Positions 19,987-29,198 of a stretch of 64,000 bases of DNA are shown here, piece by piece. A program made the translations under genes and the position numbers. Position 1 is the first letter of the stretch; the number at the start of each line of letters is the position of its first letter. Under the pieces are notes generated by a model that was given only the letters and a program-made list of their open reading frames with translations, was not told the DNA's origin and did not search any database. Source of the stretch: a virus (taxonomy: Duplodnaviria; Caudoviricetes); IMG/VR virus record IMGVR_UViG_3300042542_006078; one strand, written 5' to 3'.

Positions 19987-20859
19987 ATGTTAAATCTTGA
20001 TGTATCAACGGATAAATTTGCAGATTTGAAAAAACTTTTCAACAATGCTAATGTTCATTATCGAATATTTGGCACAAGCTCTGATGGTTTGACTACCACT
20101 TTGAAATTCAACAAAAAAGTTAATTTTGAAAAAGCCAAAGAAATAATTGATGGAAAAGTAGTTGCCCAAGGTAATCTTATTCATGCAAATCCACTGGGTA
20201 GTATAAACATTGGAGATAATCACATCGATTGGCTTGGAGATATGGGTAGCCCCACTTTGTTTGGTGGCACTGTGAATGGAGATGCTTCATATTTAGACGA
20301 TATTTTTTCTGGTCAGCAAAAAAGGAATTTCGTGCTTCTTACTCCAGACTCAAATAATCAGTTGGGCAGTATTGCTTGGGAAAAAAATTATAATTATTCT
20401 AAAAATATTTTAGTTAAGGCGACAACATACAGTTCGGGTGATAGCGGAGATGGAATAACATTCTTTTTTGGAGCCGATTCAGAGAATCATAGTGGTTCTG
20501 ATGATAATGGAGCCCTTGCTGTTTACATTGATGAATTAAATGACAATACAATTAAAGTTTATATTGCAGGATCTTTACAAACTACATTTTATACAAACCA
20601 AAATTTGGATGATTCAAGAGCAACGAGTTGGATTTTTTTGATAAATTGGGAGTATGATTTTGCAGGCGATCTAAAAGGTTATTTGTCAGTTTACATCAAC
20701 AATTCATTTCAATTGAAAATTGATATCACTTCTTGGGCACAAGAAGGTGGACCATACATTGGCGCTTCTGCTAAAACATCAGCAGGCACAGACAATATTC
20801 ATTCGATAGGTCAATTTCAAGTTATGGGCGCTAATCCATGGCTTGCTATCAACAAGTAA
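19987..20859 (+). CDS. L-type lectin domain protein 3
   Basis: LLTPDSNNQLGSIAW, GDSGDGITFFF, LAVYIDE, YIGASAKT…HSI; SD gaggag then ATG 19987. Confidence 0.7.
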   Translation: MLNLDVSTDKFADLKKLFNNANVHYRIFGTSSDGLTTTLKFNKKVNFEKAKEIIDGKVVAQGNLIHANPLGSINIGDNHIDWLGDMGSPTLFGGTVNGDASYLDDIFSGQQKRNFVLLTPDSNNQLGSIAWEKNYNYSKNILVKATTYSSGDSGDGITFFFGADSENHSGSDDNGALAVYIDELNDNTIKVYIAGSLQTTFYTNQNLDDSRATSWIFLINWEYDFAGDLKGYLSVYINNSFQLKIDITSWAQEGGPYIGASAKTSAGTDNIHSIGQFQVMGANPWLAINK

Positions 20860-20895
20860 AAAAAGTTTGAAAAATTTTATCTATCCAACTGAATG

Positions 20896-20936
20896 AACTG
20901 CTTCCTTGATCGAATTAGATTAGGGAGCAGTTTTTT
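20896..20936 (+). terminator. intrinsic terminator
   Basis: aactgcttcct…agggagcagtt followed by a T run, after the lectin cluster. Confidence 0.7.
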
Positions 20937-20953
20937 GGTTTGGAGTGCTAATC

Positions 20954-21139
20954 ATGGCAAAGATCATGTTCTGGATTCATCGTTTTGATTCTGCAAAAAC
21001 GGCTCAAATAATGACCAAGATCTTAAGAAGTAAGCCTTACATCAAGGTTCCCGTGCAGAAATACCGGGATATACAGATATATAATTCAGAGCATTCGTGC
21101 TTCGACTCGCCTATGACAACCAGTCTTATGGACAGTTAA
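20954..21139 (+). CDS. small hypothetical protein
   Basis: GGAG SD then ATG 20954; 61 aa; no motif. Confidence 0.35.
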   Translation: MAKIMFWIHRFDSAKTAQIMTKILRSKPYIKVPVQKYRDIQIYNSEHSCFDSPMTTSLMDS

Positions 21140-21612
21140 ATCTTTTGCTCTTCGGAGCTAAAAGAACTGGTCGAGGCGGTCTTTTCTTGATAGTTTCCAA
21201 GAATTGGTAATGTTAGATTTTTATTGTCATTTAGACTCCAAACAACATTCATTAAATTAGATTTTTGTAATGCTATTTCGCATTTGTAGCATGGTTTTGC
21301 TAGTCTGAATTTTCCATGTCTATTTATTTTCATGCTAAGTATTGTTGTTTTTCTGTTGTAATACTTTTCATCAAGTTTGAGGAGAAGATCTGCTTCAGCA
21401 TGAAGGAATGGGTATTTTTTCCAGTGTGCGATATTAAATTTTTGAGCTAATTTATATGCCTTCGCTGACATCATGACGGGATTGTTCTTCCCCATTTCTA
21501 TAATTCTATTTTTTCTTATTGCAAAAGCATAATGAAAACCAGTGCGGCTTTTGTCTTCTCCCCAATCATCCAGCATGAGGCAAACACATTTATGGAGAGT
21601 AGAAGCTTTCAT
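21136..21612 (-). CDS. zinc-dependent cytidine/deoxycytidylate deaminase family protein
   Basis: LHAEADLL and AKPCYKC (HAE…PCxxC). Confidence 0.85.
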   Translation of the reverse strand: MKASTLHKCVCLMLDDWGEDKSRTGFHYAFAIRKNRIIEMGKNNPVMMSAKAYKLAQKFNIAHWKKYPFLHAEADLLLKLDEKYYNRKTTILSMKINRHGKFRLAKPCYKCEIALQKSNLMNVVWSLNDNKNLTLPILGNYQEKTASTSSFSSEEQKI

Positions 21613-21634
21613 GAAAAATTATAACCACATTCAA

Positions 21635-21663
21635 TTGACATAGCCATTACTTATTTGTAAAAT
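21635..21663 (+). promoter_or_regulatory. strong sigma70-type promoter for the tRNA
   Basis: TTGACA-17 nt-TAAAAT, 20 nt upstream of the tRNA. Confidence 0.75.
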
Positions 21664-21683
21664 TGAGAAGTCGAAAGACAATT

Positions 21684-21757
21684 GCCCCCGTAACTCAGGT
21701 GAATAGAGTAGCGTTTTTCTAAAGCGCAAGTCGTTGGTTTGAATCCAACCGGGGGTA
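21684..21757 (+). tRNA. tRNA-Arg, anticodon TCT (reads AGA); CCA not encoded
   Basis: cloverleaf: acceptor GCCCCCG/CGGGGGT, D stem ACTC/GAGT, anticodon stem GCGTT/AGCGC with loop TT-TCT-AA, T arm GTTGG-TTTGAAT-CCAAC, discriminator A. Confidence 0.9.
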
Positions 21758-21811
21758 TTTTTATTTTTTATCATATGATTTTTTCCATTTTCTTATTGCA
21801 TTGGTGCCATT

Positions 21812-22048
21812 ATGACGGAAGACAATGAAATTGAGAAAACTTACACTGCTGCTGGAGCATTATTTTTGGGATTGATTGGTTTGTTATTTGGATCAATGTT
21901 ATTTGCTTTTCCATTTATGTATTTTTGGAATAATGTTTTGATTGAGGTTTCTACAATTCTCAAAGAAATTAATTATTGGCAAAGTGTTAGCACGATTATT
22001 TTTATTTTCTTTATTGGAAGATTATTTAATTTTTCAGGGAACAAGTGA
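21812..22048 (+). CDS. small two-helix membrane protein
   Basis: two hydrophobic segments. Confidence 0.6.
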   Translation: MTEDNEIEKTYTAAGALFLGLIGLLFGSMLFAFPFMYFWNNVLIEVSTILKEINYWQSVSTIIFIFFIGRLFNFSGNK

Positions 22049-23062
22049 AATAAATTCTTCGTGTTTGTAGTTCTTGAAATCATTCACATATGTTATTCTT
22101 GTTTTGATATCAACTCCCAAAGCATTTTTTACATCTGAAATTAAATTATTTTCATCAAAGTCTTTTGTCTTGATAAGTTGTAGTTCTAGATCATCCAATT
22201 CATGCTGAATGGCTTTGAATCTTGTGATTCCATATTTTTCATAATATGTGATTGAGGCGACAAGTGGCCATTTTTTTCTGCCATCTGGCATTGTGAATAA
22301 ATTTCTAACTCTGCCATGTATCTTGGTTATTGTTTGCAGAGTTCTTCCACAACTGCATTCCCCTAACTCAATCACATCGCCATTTTTATATTTTTTGATA
22401 TAAGGATTTGTGAGTGTTGTTATTATTGCATTTCCTTCATCGTCTGCTTCAACAATTTGATTTTCCATGACATGATAATTTTGAGGATTGTCTGGACAAC
22501 TAATTGCTATTGTTCCGCATTCTTCAGAGGAATACATAGTTCCTCCTAACTCTCCTGTTGATTTTGCATCAATAAAGTTTGTAATTTTTGTTAAATCAAG
22601 CTGCTTGATTATGCTTGGATAAGAGTGTATGTAATGTGGATTTGCGTATTCAAGTAAAGATTGGATTGATGGTATTGGTTCAAATCCTATTTTGTATACG
22701 CTTCCTTGATTGACAAATATTTCTTTTGGAAATCCCCAATCGTGTTCTGTTTCAAAAGACTTATAGACAGGCTTGATTACTGCGATGTTTTTACTGAAAT
22801 CCCATTTTCTCCATTGAATTTCTCGAATATTAGTGGCTATGTACCAGCAATGGTCTGGAATGTATTTTTGTACTATGACAGGTTCACCAGTTGATCCAGA
22901 ACTTCGGCATGAAAACAAGCCTTTTTTCATGGGCATTTTTTGTAATTCTGCTCTTGTTAGAATTGGTAGATTTTTGACTAAATCAAAATTTGGCTTATGT
23001 TTCCATTGAGAATCTTCAAGTAATCGCAAAATGTCTTTTATGATGTCGATGTCTCTTCTCAT
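22034..23062 (-). CDS. phenylacetate-CoA ligase / CapK-like adenylate-forming enzyme
   Basis: RSSGSTGEP, YSSEECGTIAISCP, QIVE, YKNGD, GRVRN. Confidence 0.8.
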   Translation of the reverse strand: MRRDIDIIKDILRLLEDSQWKHKPNFDLVKNLPILTRAELQKMPMKKGLFSCRSSGSTGEPVIVQKYIPDHCWYIATNIREIQWRKWDFSKNIAVIKPVYKSFETEHDWGFPKEIFVNQGSVYKIGFEPIPSIQSLLEYANPHYIHSYPSIIKQLDLTKITNFIDAKSTGELGGTMYSSEECGTIAISCPDNPQNYHVMENQIVEADDEGNAIITTLTNPYIKKYKNGDVIELGECSCGRTLQTITKIHGRVRNLFTMPDGRKKWPLVASITYYEKYGITRFKAIQHELDDLELQLIKTKDFDENNLISDVKNALGVDIKTRITYVNDFKNYKHEEFISLVP

Positions 23063-23511
23063 TGGAATCTCCAGACGAAAAAGTAATATTCTTGAAGGTG
23101 TCTGGTAATATAAGGAGTTATCTTAAATTCTTTGGGTTCTGGGAAATATTCGGCTATTCTCATTTCTGGTTGTTTTCTCTTAAAGCTGCGAACTACAAAA
23201 TTTTTGCAGCATTTTTGTGCCATTTTGAAAACATTCTTGGCCAATTCCTTATTCAGATTAAGGACTCCATCACCAATGATGTTTTGGTAAAATTCTTTGT
23301 TTTCAATCCAGTTTCCCTGAATGACATTTGGCCCCTTGATCCAAGGTTCTAAATCCATTTGTTTATCGGAAATAGTAACAAGTTTTTTTGTACATCCCAA
23401 AAGAAGAGTTGATCCTCCTATTGAATATTCTTGATATATTCTGACATCTTCTTTATTGGGATTGAGTGGGTGTGGCTGAGGTTTTTTCCAGTATTCTTGA
23501 TTTACTTTCAT
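23059..23511 (-). CDS. hypothetical protein (degenerate methyltransferase-like fold possible)
   Basis: TLLLGCT…QMDL…IIGDGVLN pattern; ATGA-coupled to the ligase. Confidence 0.55.
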   Translation of the reverse strand: MKVNQEYWKKPQPHPLNPNKEDVRIYQEYSIGGSTLLLGCTKKLVTISDKQMDLEPWIKGPNVIQGNWIENKEFYQNIIGDGVLNLNKELAKNVFKMAQKCCKNFVVRSFKRKQPEMRIAEYFPEPKEFKITPYITRHLQEYYFFVWRFQ

Positions 23512-23583
23512 GGTTATTCCAAAATGATTTTTTACATGATATATAAGTATTATAGATCATTATCGCTCTGATCGGAGAAAATT

Positions 23584-24618
23584 ATGCTCAATATTGAAGC
23601 AGTTTTGACAAAATTGAATCTTGGATATCAAACAATCACTGAAAACATTATCAATCCATATTATTTCAGCGACAAACCAGATGATACAGGAGTTAACACC
23701 AACATTGATGATGGTGGCGGCGACATGTATGATGATGGAAATTGCCTAAATACAAATCTAACTCAGCTTTATGCCAATATAGATAATGATGGTGCGGATA
23801 ATGATACTGTTCGTGCTAATTCCATTCCATACACTCATACTGTTGCAGTTGCACAAGGAAGTGGAAATTACACCAATCCTCCCATGGATGGAATAATTGC
23901 CGATGGCAGTTCATATTTTGGTGCTGGGAGCCAATATTTTACAAATATGTATCCAGACATGTTTGTAATGGGAGCAACTGGTATTGATATTGAAGAGTTT
24001 TCAATCACAGGGAATATTGGCGCTGATGAAAATGGTAGTTATGAAGTTAATGTGTTTACTTTGACAAGTAAAGGTCGCCAATTTACATGTTTTAATAAGC
24101 AAGTTTATGACTCTGGCGATCCATCTATCAATCATTTTATTTTTGTACCCGGAAACGGAAGTGGAATTGTTCATCTTTATGATGATAGCAATGATTATGA
24201 TGATCATTGTTTGCAAAATTTAACTGGAATTGATGAAATTTATTTTCTACTAATTGCAAAAGACGAAAACGAATACATGGACAATTCTGAGCGGCAAATT
24301 ATTGCTCAGGCTTTTTTAGATGCTATTGCTGGATCACAAGGATCAAGAGGTCCAACTTATCTTAATCCAAGAATTACATTTAGAGCTAAAACTTATGATG
24401 CCACTACTCTTATGGGGCAATTGCCACCTGATGGCAATATAGAGAACATCATTAATCAGCTTAAGAATAAAACTGTGTTTGTTCCCGGTTGGCCTAATGC
24501 TTTGAAAAATGGAGATACATTTACCCTTCACGGTCAAGCAGCAAGTGATTTGAAAAGAAAACTTCCACAAATCAATTCAGGTGGAACAGTTCTTGAAATT
24601 TTCGATGATTCTAATTGA
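23584..24618 (+). CDS. Asp-rich putative structural/surface protein with C-terminal domain shared with ORF 45001-45297
   Basis: IDDGGGDMYDDGN acidic motif; C-terminal PRITFR…IENIINQLK…VPGW…LKNGDTFTLHG. Confidence 0.6.
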   Translation: MLNIEAVLTKLNLGYQTITENIINPYYFSDKPDDTGVNTNIDDGGGDMYDDGNCLNTNLTQLYANIDNDGADNDTVRANSIPYTHTVAVAQGSGNYTNPPMDGIIADGSSYFGAGSQYFTNMYPDMFVMGATGIDIEEFSITGNIGADENGSYEVNVFTLTSKGRQFTCFNKQVYDSGDPSINHFIFVPGNGSGIVHLYDDSNDYDDHCLQNLTGIDEIYFLLIAKDENEYMDNSERQIIAQAFLDAIAGSQGSRGPTYLNPRITFRAKTYDATTLMGQLPPDGNIENIINQLKNKTVFVPGWPNALKNGDTFTLHGQAASDLKRKLPQINSGGTVLEIFDDSN

Positions 24619-24749
24619 ATATAAATTATAAAAGATAAAATTATCACATTTTTTATTTCTCTTCTTTTTTAAGATATATAATATATTCATAAATTTGAAA
24701 TGAAAAATAAAACTTTGTAAAATTTTATTTTCTGTAGAAAGGTAATTTA

Positions 24750-25493
24750 ATGGACTGCACAGTAATCATTCCCACTCTTGAAATGGCCTTGCCAGCAACT
24801 GATTTAATTGTACAAGAATTAGTTCATAATTCTGAAAATGTAAAGAAGATAATTTTTATAAATAACAGAAAAGAACCAACTTTAGCGGCAAGATATTCAG
24901 ATTTTTCTAAGATAGTTTTTTTAGATAATTTGCCAAATTTGATTGTAAATCCTGCATGGAATTATGGCATGAATTTGGTTGAAACCAAGTATTACATTTT
25001 ACTCAATGATGATTTAATTGTAAGTGGAAAATTGATAGATGAGATTATAAAATTACATGAATCTAATGATTCTTTTAATCTTACAACAATAAACACTCAT
25101 CGAATATTTGGCATGACTCCTGATAATTTAGCAAATGCAAAAAAAGAGTTTTCTCAAAGTAAATTATCTATTCCTTTGAAATATAAAAAAGTTCATTACC
25201 CCAATTATCGTCAAGGATGGTTCATGCTTGGCAAAACTGCTGAGTGGACTCCAATTTATATACCAGCATGTGGTGTGTTGATGAATGGAGATGATTGGAT
25301 TTATCAAAGAAATCTTGAAAAATTTGGAGCAGCTATTTTTATTGAAAATAATTATTTATGGCATTTTGAAAGTACATCTTCCAATCATGTGTCTCATGGA
25401 AGAAATGATGTAATTGAAAGTGTTGCAAAACCATTAGAACTAGACCATGAATTGATTGTTAGAAATTATGGAAATATTTTTTTGGGCAAATAA
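24750..25493 (+). CDS. glycosyltransferase family 2
   Basis: TVIIPT, IIFINN, VNPAWNYG, ILLNDD, GDDW. Confidence 0.78.
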   Translation: MDCTVIIPTLEMALPATDLIVQELVHNSENVKKIIFINNRKEPTLAARYSDFSKIVFLDNLPNLIVNPAWNYGMNLVETKYYILLNDDLIVSGKLIDEIIKLHESNDSFNLTTINTHRIFGMTPDNLANAKKEFSQSKLSIPLKYKKVHYPNYRQGWFMLGKTAEWTPIYIPACGVLMNGDDWIYQRNLEKFGAAIFIENNYLWHFESTSSNHVSHGRNDVIESVAKPLELDHELIVRNYGNIFLGK

Positions 25494-25498
25494 TTAAG

Positions 25499-25972
25499 AT
25501 GAAAACTTTAGTTTTAGCGAGATATAATGAAAACATTTCATGGTCAAGTAAATATGACCATGTTTATATTGTTCAGAAGGAAAGAGATTTGCCAAATAAA
25601 GGAAGAGAGTCTTCATCTTATATTTGGTGGGTAATTCAAAATTATGAAAAATTACCAGAAAAAGTGCATTTTTTACAAGGCAATCCATTTGCTCACACAA
25701 ACGATAATTTGGAATCGACTTATTTTCCTGAAACTGATAGAAATGGCTGTGCGCTTCATTGCGGTTTGAAATTTGAAGAAATAACTATACCTCTTGGAAT
25801 AGAGTTGCCAGAAAGATGGTCATTTCCTGCTGGAGCAAATTTTGAAGTCACTAAAAGTGAAATTTTGAAATATAAGTATGATTGGTATAAAAAAGCTTAT
25901 AATCTGTCTATGAATCACGAACAAGCGCCTTGGATTTTTGAGCGTTTATGGTGTTTGATATACAAATTATAA
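25499..25972 (+). CDS. DUF3431-like protein
   Basis: VLARYNENISW, PNKGRE, NYEKLP…FLQGNPFAH, GANFEV…I, PWIFERLW. Confidence 0.75.
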   Translation: MKTLVLARYNENISWSSKYDHVYIVQKERDLPNKGRESSSYIWWVIQNYEKLPEKVHFLQGNPFAHTNDNLESTYFPETDRNGCALHCGLKFEEITIPLGIELPERWSFPAGANFEVTKSEILKYKYDWYKKAYNLSMNHEQAPWIFERLWCLIYKL

Positions 25973-25989
25973 AAAAGGAAAAATTAAAT

Positions 25990-27072
25990 TTGAAAAGAGT
26001 ATTAGTTGTTGGTTGCGGGTTGTATGGGGCAACAGTAGCCAGATTGTTATGTAAAAATTTTCGAGTGTATTTAATTGATAAAAGAAATCATATAGGCGGT
26101 AATTGTTATTCAGAATTCAAAAATAACATACATGTTCACAAATATGGACCACATGCATTTCATACCAATAGTGTAAAAATATGGGATTTTATAAGACAAT
26201 ATTCGGATTTTAACGATTTTAGGCTTAAAGTTATAGTAAATTATGATGGAAAGTACTATAACTTCCCAATAAATCTTATAACTCTGAATAATATTCTAGG
26301 CATAAAGAATTTGAAAGAAGCCGAAGAGTTTATTCAAAATAGAAAAGAAAATAATCAAAATTTTCAAGATTTTGTTATATCAAAGGTCGGCGTAAATTTG
26401 TATAAAATATTTTATGAAGGTTATACGACTAAACAATGGAATAAAAACCCAATTGAATTACCGGCATCAATAGCAAAAAGAATTCCTATAAGACTGGATT
26501 TTGATGAAAATTATTTTACAGATAAATATCAAGGCGTTCCGATAAATGGTTATACTAGAATGTTTGAAAATATGCTGGATCATAAAAATATAGAATTTAA
26601 TTTGAATGTGGATTTTTTTGATAACAAGAAATCATTAATTAATGATTTCGACCATGTGATTTATACTGGAAAAATTGATCAATTTTTTGATTATCAAGAT
26701 GGAGTTCTTGAATATAGGTCTTTGAAATTTCGAGAAGAGTATCACGATTCTACTTTTCAAGGAAACGCTCAAATTAATTATACAAACGCAGAAATACCTT
26801 ACACAAGAATAGTTGAACATAAATTTTTTCACAATCCATCAATTAAACACACAATTGTAACTTACGAATATCCAGATGACTATAATCCAGAAAAAATACC
26901 TTATTACCCTATTGAAACTGAAAACAATAAATTATTGTATTTCAAATATAAGTCACTTGCAGATGAGATGGAAAATTTTACATTCGGAGGTCGCCTTGGC
27001 ACATATTCATATATGAACATGGATCAAATAATTGGCAAGGCGATGAATGATTGTGAAAAAATAAATATTTAG
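25990..27072 (+). CDS. glf: UDP-galactopyranose mutase
   Basis: VVGCGLYG, RNHIGGNCY, HKYGPHAFHT, YTTKQW, YQGVP..GYT, YRSL, YTRIVEHK, PYYP, GGRLGTYSYMNMDQ; TTG start at 25990. Confidence 0.95.
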   Translation: MKRVLVVGCGLYGATVARLLCKNFRVYLIDKRNHIGGNCYSEFKNNIHVHKYGPHAFHTNSVKIWDFIRQYSDFNDFRLKVIVNYDGKYYNFPINLITLNNILGIKNLKEAEEFIQNRKENNQNFQDFVISKVGVNLYKIFYEGYTTKQWNKNPIELPASIAKRIPIRLDFDENYFTDKYQGVPINGYTRMFENMLDHKNIEFNLNVDFFDNKKSLINDFDHVIYTGKIDQFFDYQDGVLEYRSLKFREEYHDSTFQGNAQINYTNAEIPYTRIVEHKFFHNPSIKHTIVTYEYPDDYNPEKIPYYPIETENNKLLYFKYKSLADEMENFTFGGRLGTYSYMNMDQIIGKAMNDCEKINI

Positions 27073-27836
27073 TTTTTTTGCCAAAAAACTCCGCAGCCAT
27101 CTATGTGTGTTAAAGGTGTTGTTATTTTATTTCTTTCTCTAAACACAATTGTTGCTCTTTGACATCCTCTTACTGCGCTGTAGTCATCAATAATTACAAA
27201 TCCTTGGTTCTCAACTTTATGATAGCAAGAATCAAAAACATCCATAGTTGATTTATACATGTCTCCATCCATGCGTAAAATGCATAGTTTTTTTATGTCT
27301 TGGTTATTTGGCAATGTATCTGAAAACCAGCCTTTCAAAAATATGACATTCTCGTCCAATTCTTGATGCATTTCAAAGTTTTTCTTAACTTCTTCCAGAG
27401 AAACCTGAAGAAATTCCATTGTGTGATGATGATCTCCTTCATCTTCTGGATGTTCAGGTTTTGGCAATCCTTCAAATGAATCGGCAACAAAAACTTTTTT
27501 GTTCATATTGTATAGTTGAAAATATTTTTTGACGAATATACATGCTCCGCCACGCCATACTCCAGTTTCTATAAAGTCGCCATCAATATTATTTATTCTG
27601 ACTTCATCAAGACATTTGTGCAAGTTATTCAAGCGCATGATTCCTATCATAGTTTGCGCTCTTTGAGGCCAGTCAGAGCCATTTTTCCTATTGGCTGGTA
27701 CTGAAGTTTTTAGAATATTTTGAATTTCTTGATCATTTGGGTATTGATTTGTTTCAAAATATTTTTGAAAAATGTCTTCATCATTGACGGTATCTGTTAA
27801 AATTCTTTTTAGGAATTCCAGTTTCAAATCAATCAC
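27069..27836 (-). CDS. TylF/MycF/NovP family O-methyltransferase
   Basis: AQTMIG, GDFIETGVWRGG, VADSFEGLP, LKGWFSDTLP, LRMDGDMYKST, VIIDDY. Confidence 0.92.
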   Translation of the reverse strand: MIDLKLEFLKRILTDTVNDEDIFQKYFETNQYPNDQEIQNILKTSVPANRKNGSDWPQRAQTMIGIMRLNNLHKCLDEVRINNIDGDFIETGVWRGGACIFVKKYFQLYNMNKKVFVADSFEGLPKPEHPEDEGDHHHTMEFLQVSLEEVKKNFEMHQELDENVIFLKGWFSDTLPNNQDIKKLCILRMDGDMYKSTMDVFDSCYHKVENQGFVIIDDYSAVRGCQRATIVFRERNKITTPLTHIDGCGVFWQKN

Positions 27837-28410
27837 AAATTCTCCTTAGGATTGTTAATCCGTTGTTGTTGACATAAACTTTATGGATTTCCCATTTTTT
27901 GCCTTCATGTGTATGCAAGAATTCATCAATTGCAGGAAGAAGTCCTTGTTTATCAGAATCGATATTTTTTAGTTTACAATCTGGCCAATATATTGGTTCA
28001 TCTAAATTTCCATATGTTGTTGTATCATGCAAGATAATATATTTTTTTGTTTTATGTGAATGTAATTCAAGTTCTTTTTTAAGCTGAAGATATCTGTGTA
28101 AGGTGTCTATGAAAAGCAATTCTGTTTCTTCAATTTCTACATCAAGAACATCAGCATTGATGTATTGAAAATTAATTTCTTCTTTTTCCGCTTCTCTCTT
28201 TACATCGCTCATGTCAATAACTGATATATCATAGCATTTGAATGTTTTTGGTTTGCCTGCGAGTAGAGCCCATGTAGACACAATTCCTCTTACTCCCATT
28301 TCGGTGATATGTTGGCATTTTGCCGCATAGTTTTTCAGCGTTTCAAGATGCTGATTAATGTCTGATTCTGTGTTTTTTTTAAGTTCGTAATTTTGGTTTA
28401 TTATCGACAT
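27829..28410 (-). CDS. class I SAM-dependent methyltransferase (Methyltransf_24-like)
   Basis: TEMGVRGIVST, LLFIDTLH, IILHDT, NNNGLTIL. Confidence 0.8.
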   Translation of the reverse strand: MSIINQNYELKKNTESDINQHLETLKNYAAKCQHITEMGVRGIVSTWALLAGKPKTFKCYDISVIDMSDVKREAEKEEINFQYINADVLDVEIEETELLFIDTLHRYLQLKKELELHSHKTKKYIILHDTTTYGNLDEPIYWPDCKLKNIDSDKQGLLPAIDEFLHTHEGKKWEIHKVYVNNNGLTILRRICD

Positions 28411-28439
28411 AATTCCTCAATTGTTGTTTACATATAATT

Positions 28440-28853
28440 ATGGCAGCAAAGTTAGGTTTTCAAGAATATGTTCTATTAAAAGAGGGCAACAGCCGTACCG
28501 CTCTCAAGACATTGCTTTATCCTCTTTCGTATGGAGGATTGGGCAATTATCCTCCTGCTCACTACCTTCCTCAAGCAGCGGATGCTATTCTCTATGTTTC
28601 TCAAGATGAAAGATTGTACTGTAATGGCGACAAGTCTCCGTTCGATATAACTCATATTCCCGGTCATAAACAATATGGAGACAAGGTCAATAACGGTGAG
28701 GGCAAGCCTTGGGATATTCATTTAGTTCCCGGCAAGCCAAGAGAGCCGCTTGATCATGATCTTCCCGGCAAACAAATTCCTTACAAAGGATTTGTGAGGC
28801 TCATTACTAACATAAAATGTATTAGTCCCAAAGGACATAATTTGCCTGATTGA
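28440..28853 (+). CDS. hypothetical protein with capsid-targeting-like N-terminus
   Basis: N-terminus …LGFQEYVLLKEG resembles T4 MKTYQEFIAE. Confidence 0.6.
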   Translation: MAAKLGFQEYVLLKEGNSRTALKTLLYPLSYGGLGNYPPAHYLPQAADAILYVSQDERLYCNGDKSPFDITHIPGHKQYGDKVNNGEGKPWDIHLVPGKPREPLDHDLPGKQIPYKGFVRLITNIKCISPKGHNLPD

Positions 28854-29116
28854 ACATTCCGTCAACTCCTGACGGATGGAGAGTAAAAATGAATGATAAA
28901 CACATGAGAACATTGGCCGCTTTTGAGCAAGTCGGGGCCTTTCTGAACATATTTGCCAATTTCCTTTATTCTTATCACAAAGACCTCGTCAACGCTGGAT
29001 TCCAAAGAGACGAAGCATTAAAATTGGTTAGGCAGCTACAAGCGACAATATTTAAGGAATCATTTAACAATAGCACAACAAATGATCCTGATTTGGATCG
29101 GGATTACGAAGAATAA
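28850..29116 (+). CDS. hypothetical protein
   Basis: 88 aa; YxxLxxAGFxxxEALxL helical motif common in phage proteins. Confidence 0.6.
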   Translation: MNIPSTPDGWRVKMNDKHMRTLAAFEQVGAFLNIFANFLYSYHKDLVNAGFQRDEALKLVRQLQATIFKESFNNSTTNDPDLDRDYEE

Positions 29117-29198
29117 TTCTTAGTGTTTGGTGAAAATATATCGCCATGCTGAATCATTTTTTTAGACATCGCCTTCAGAATCTTAAATAGATTAGGAG

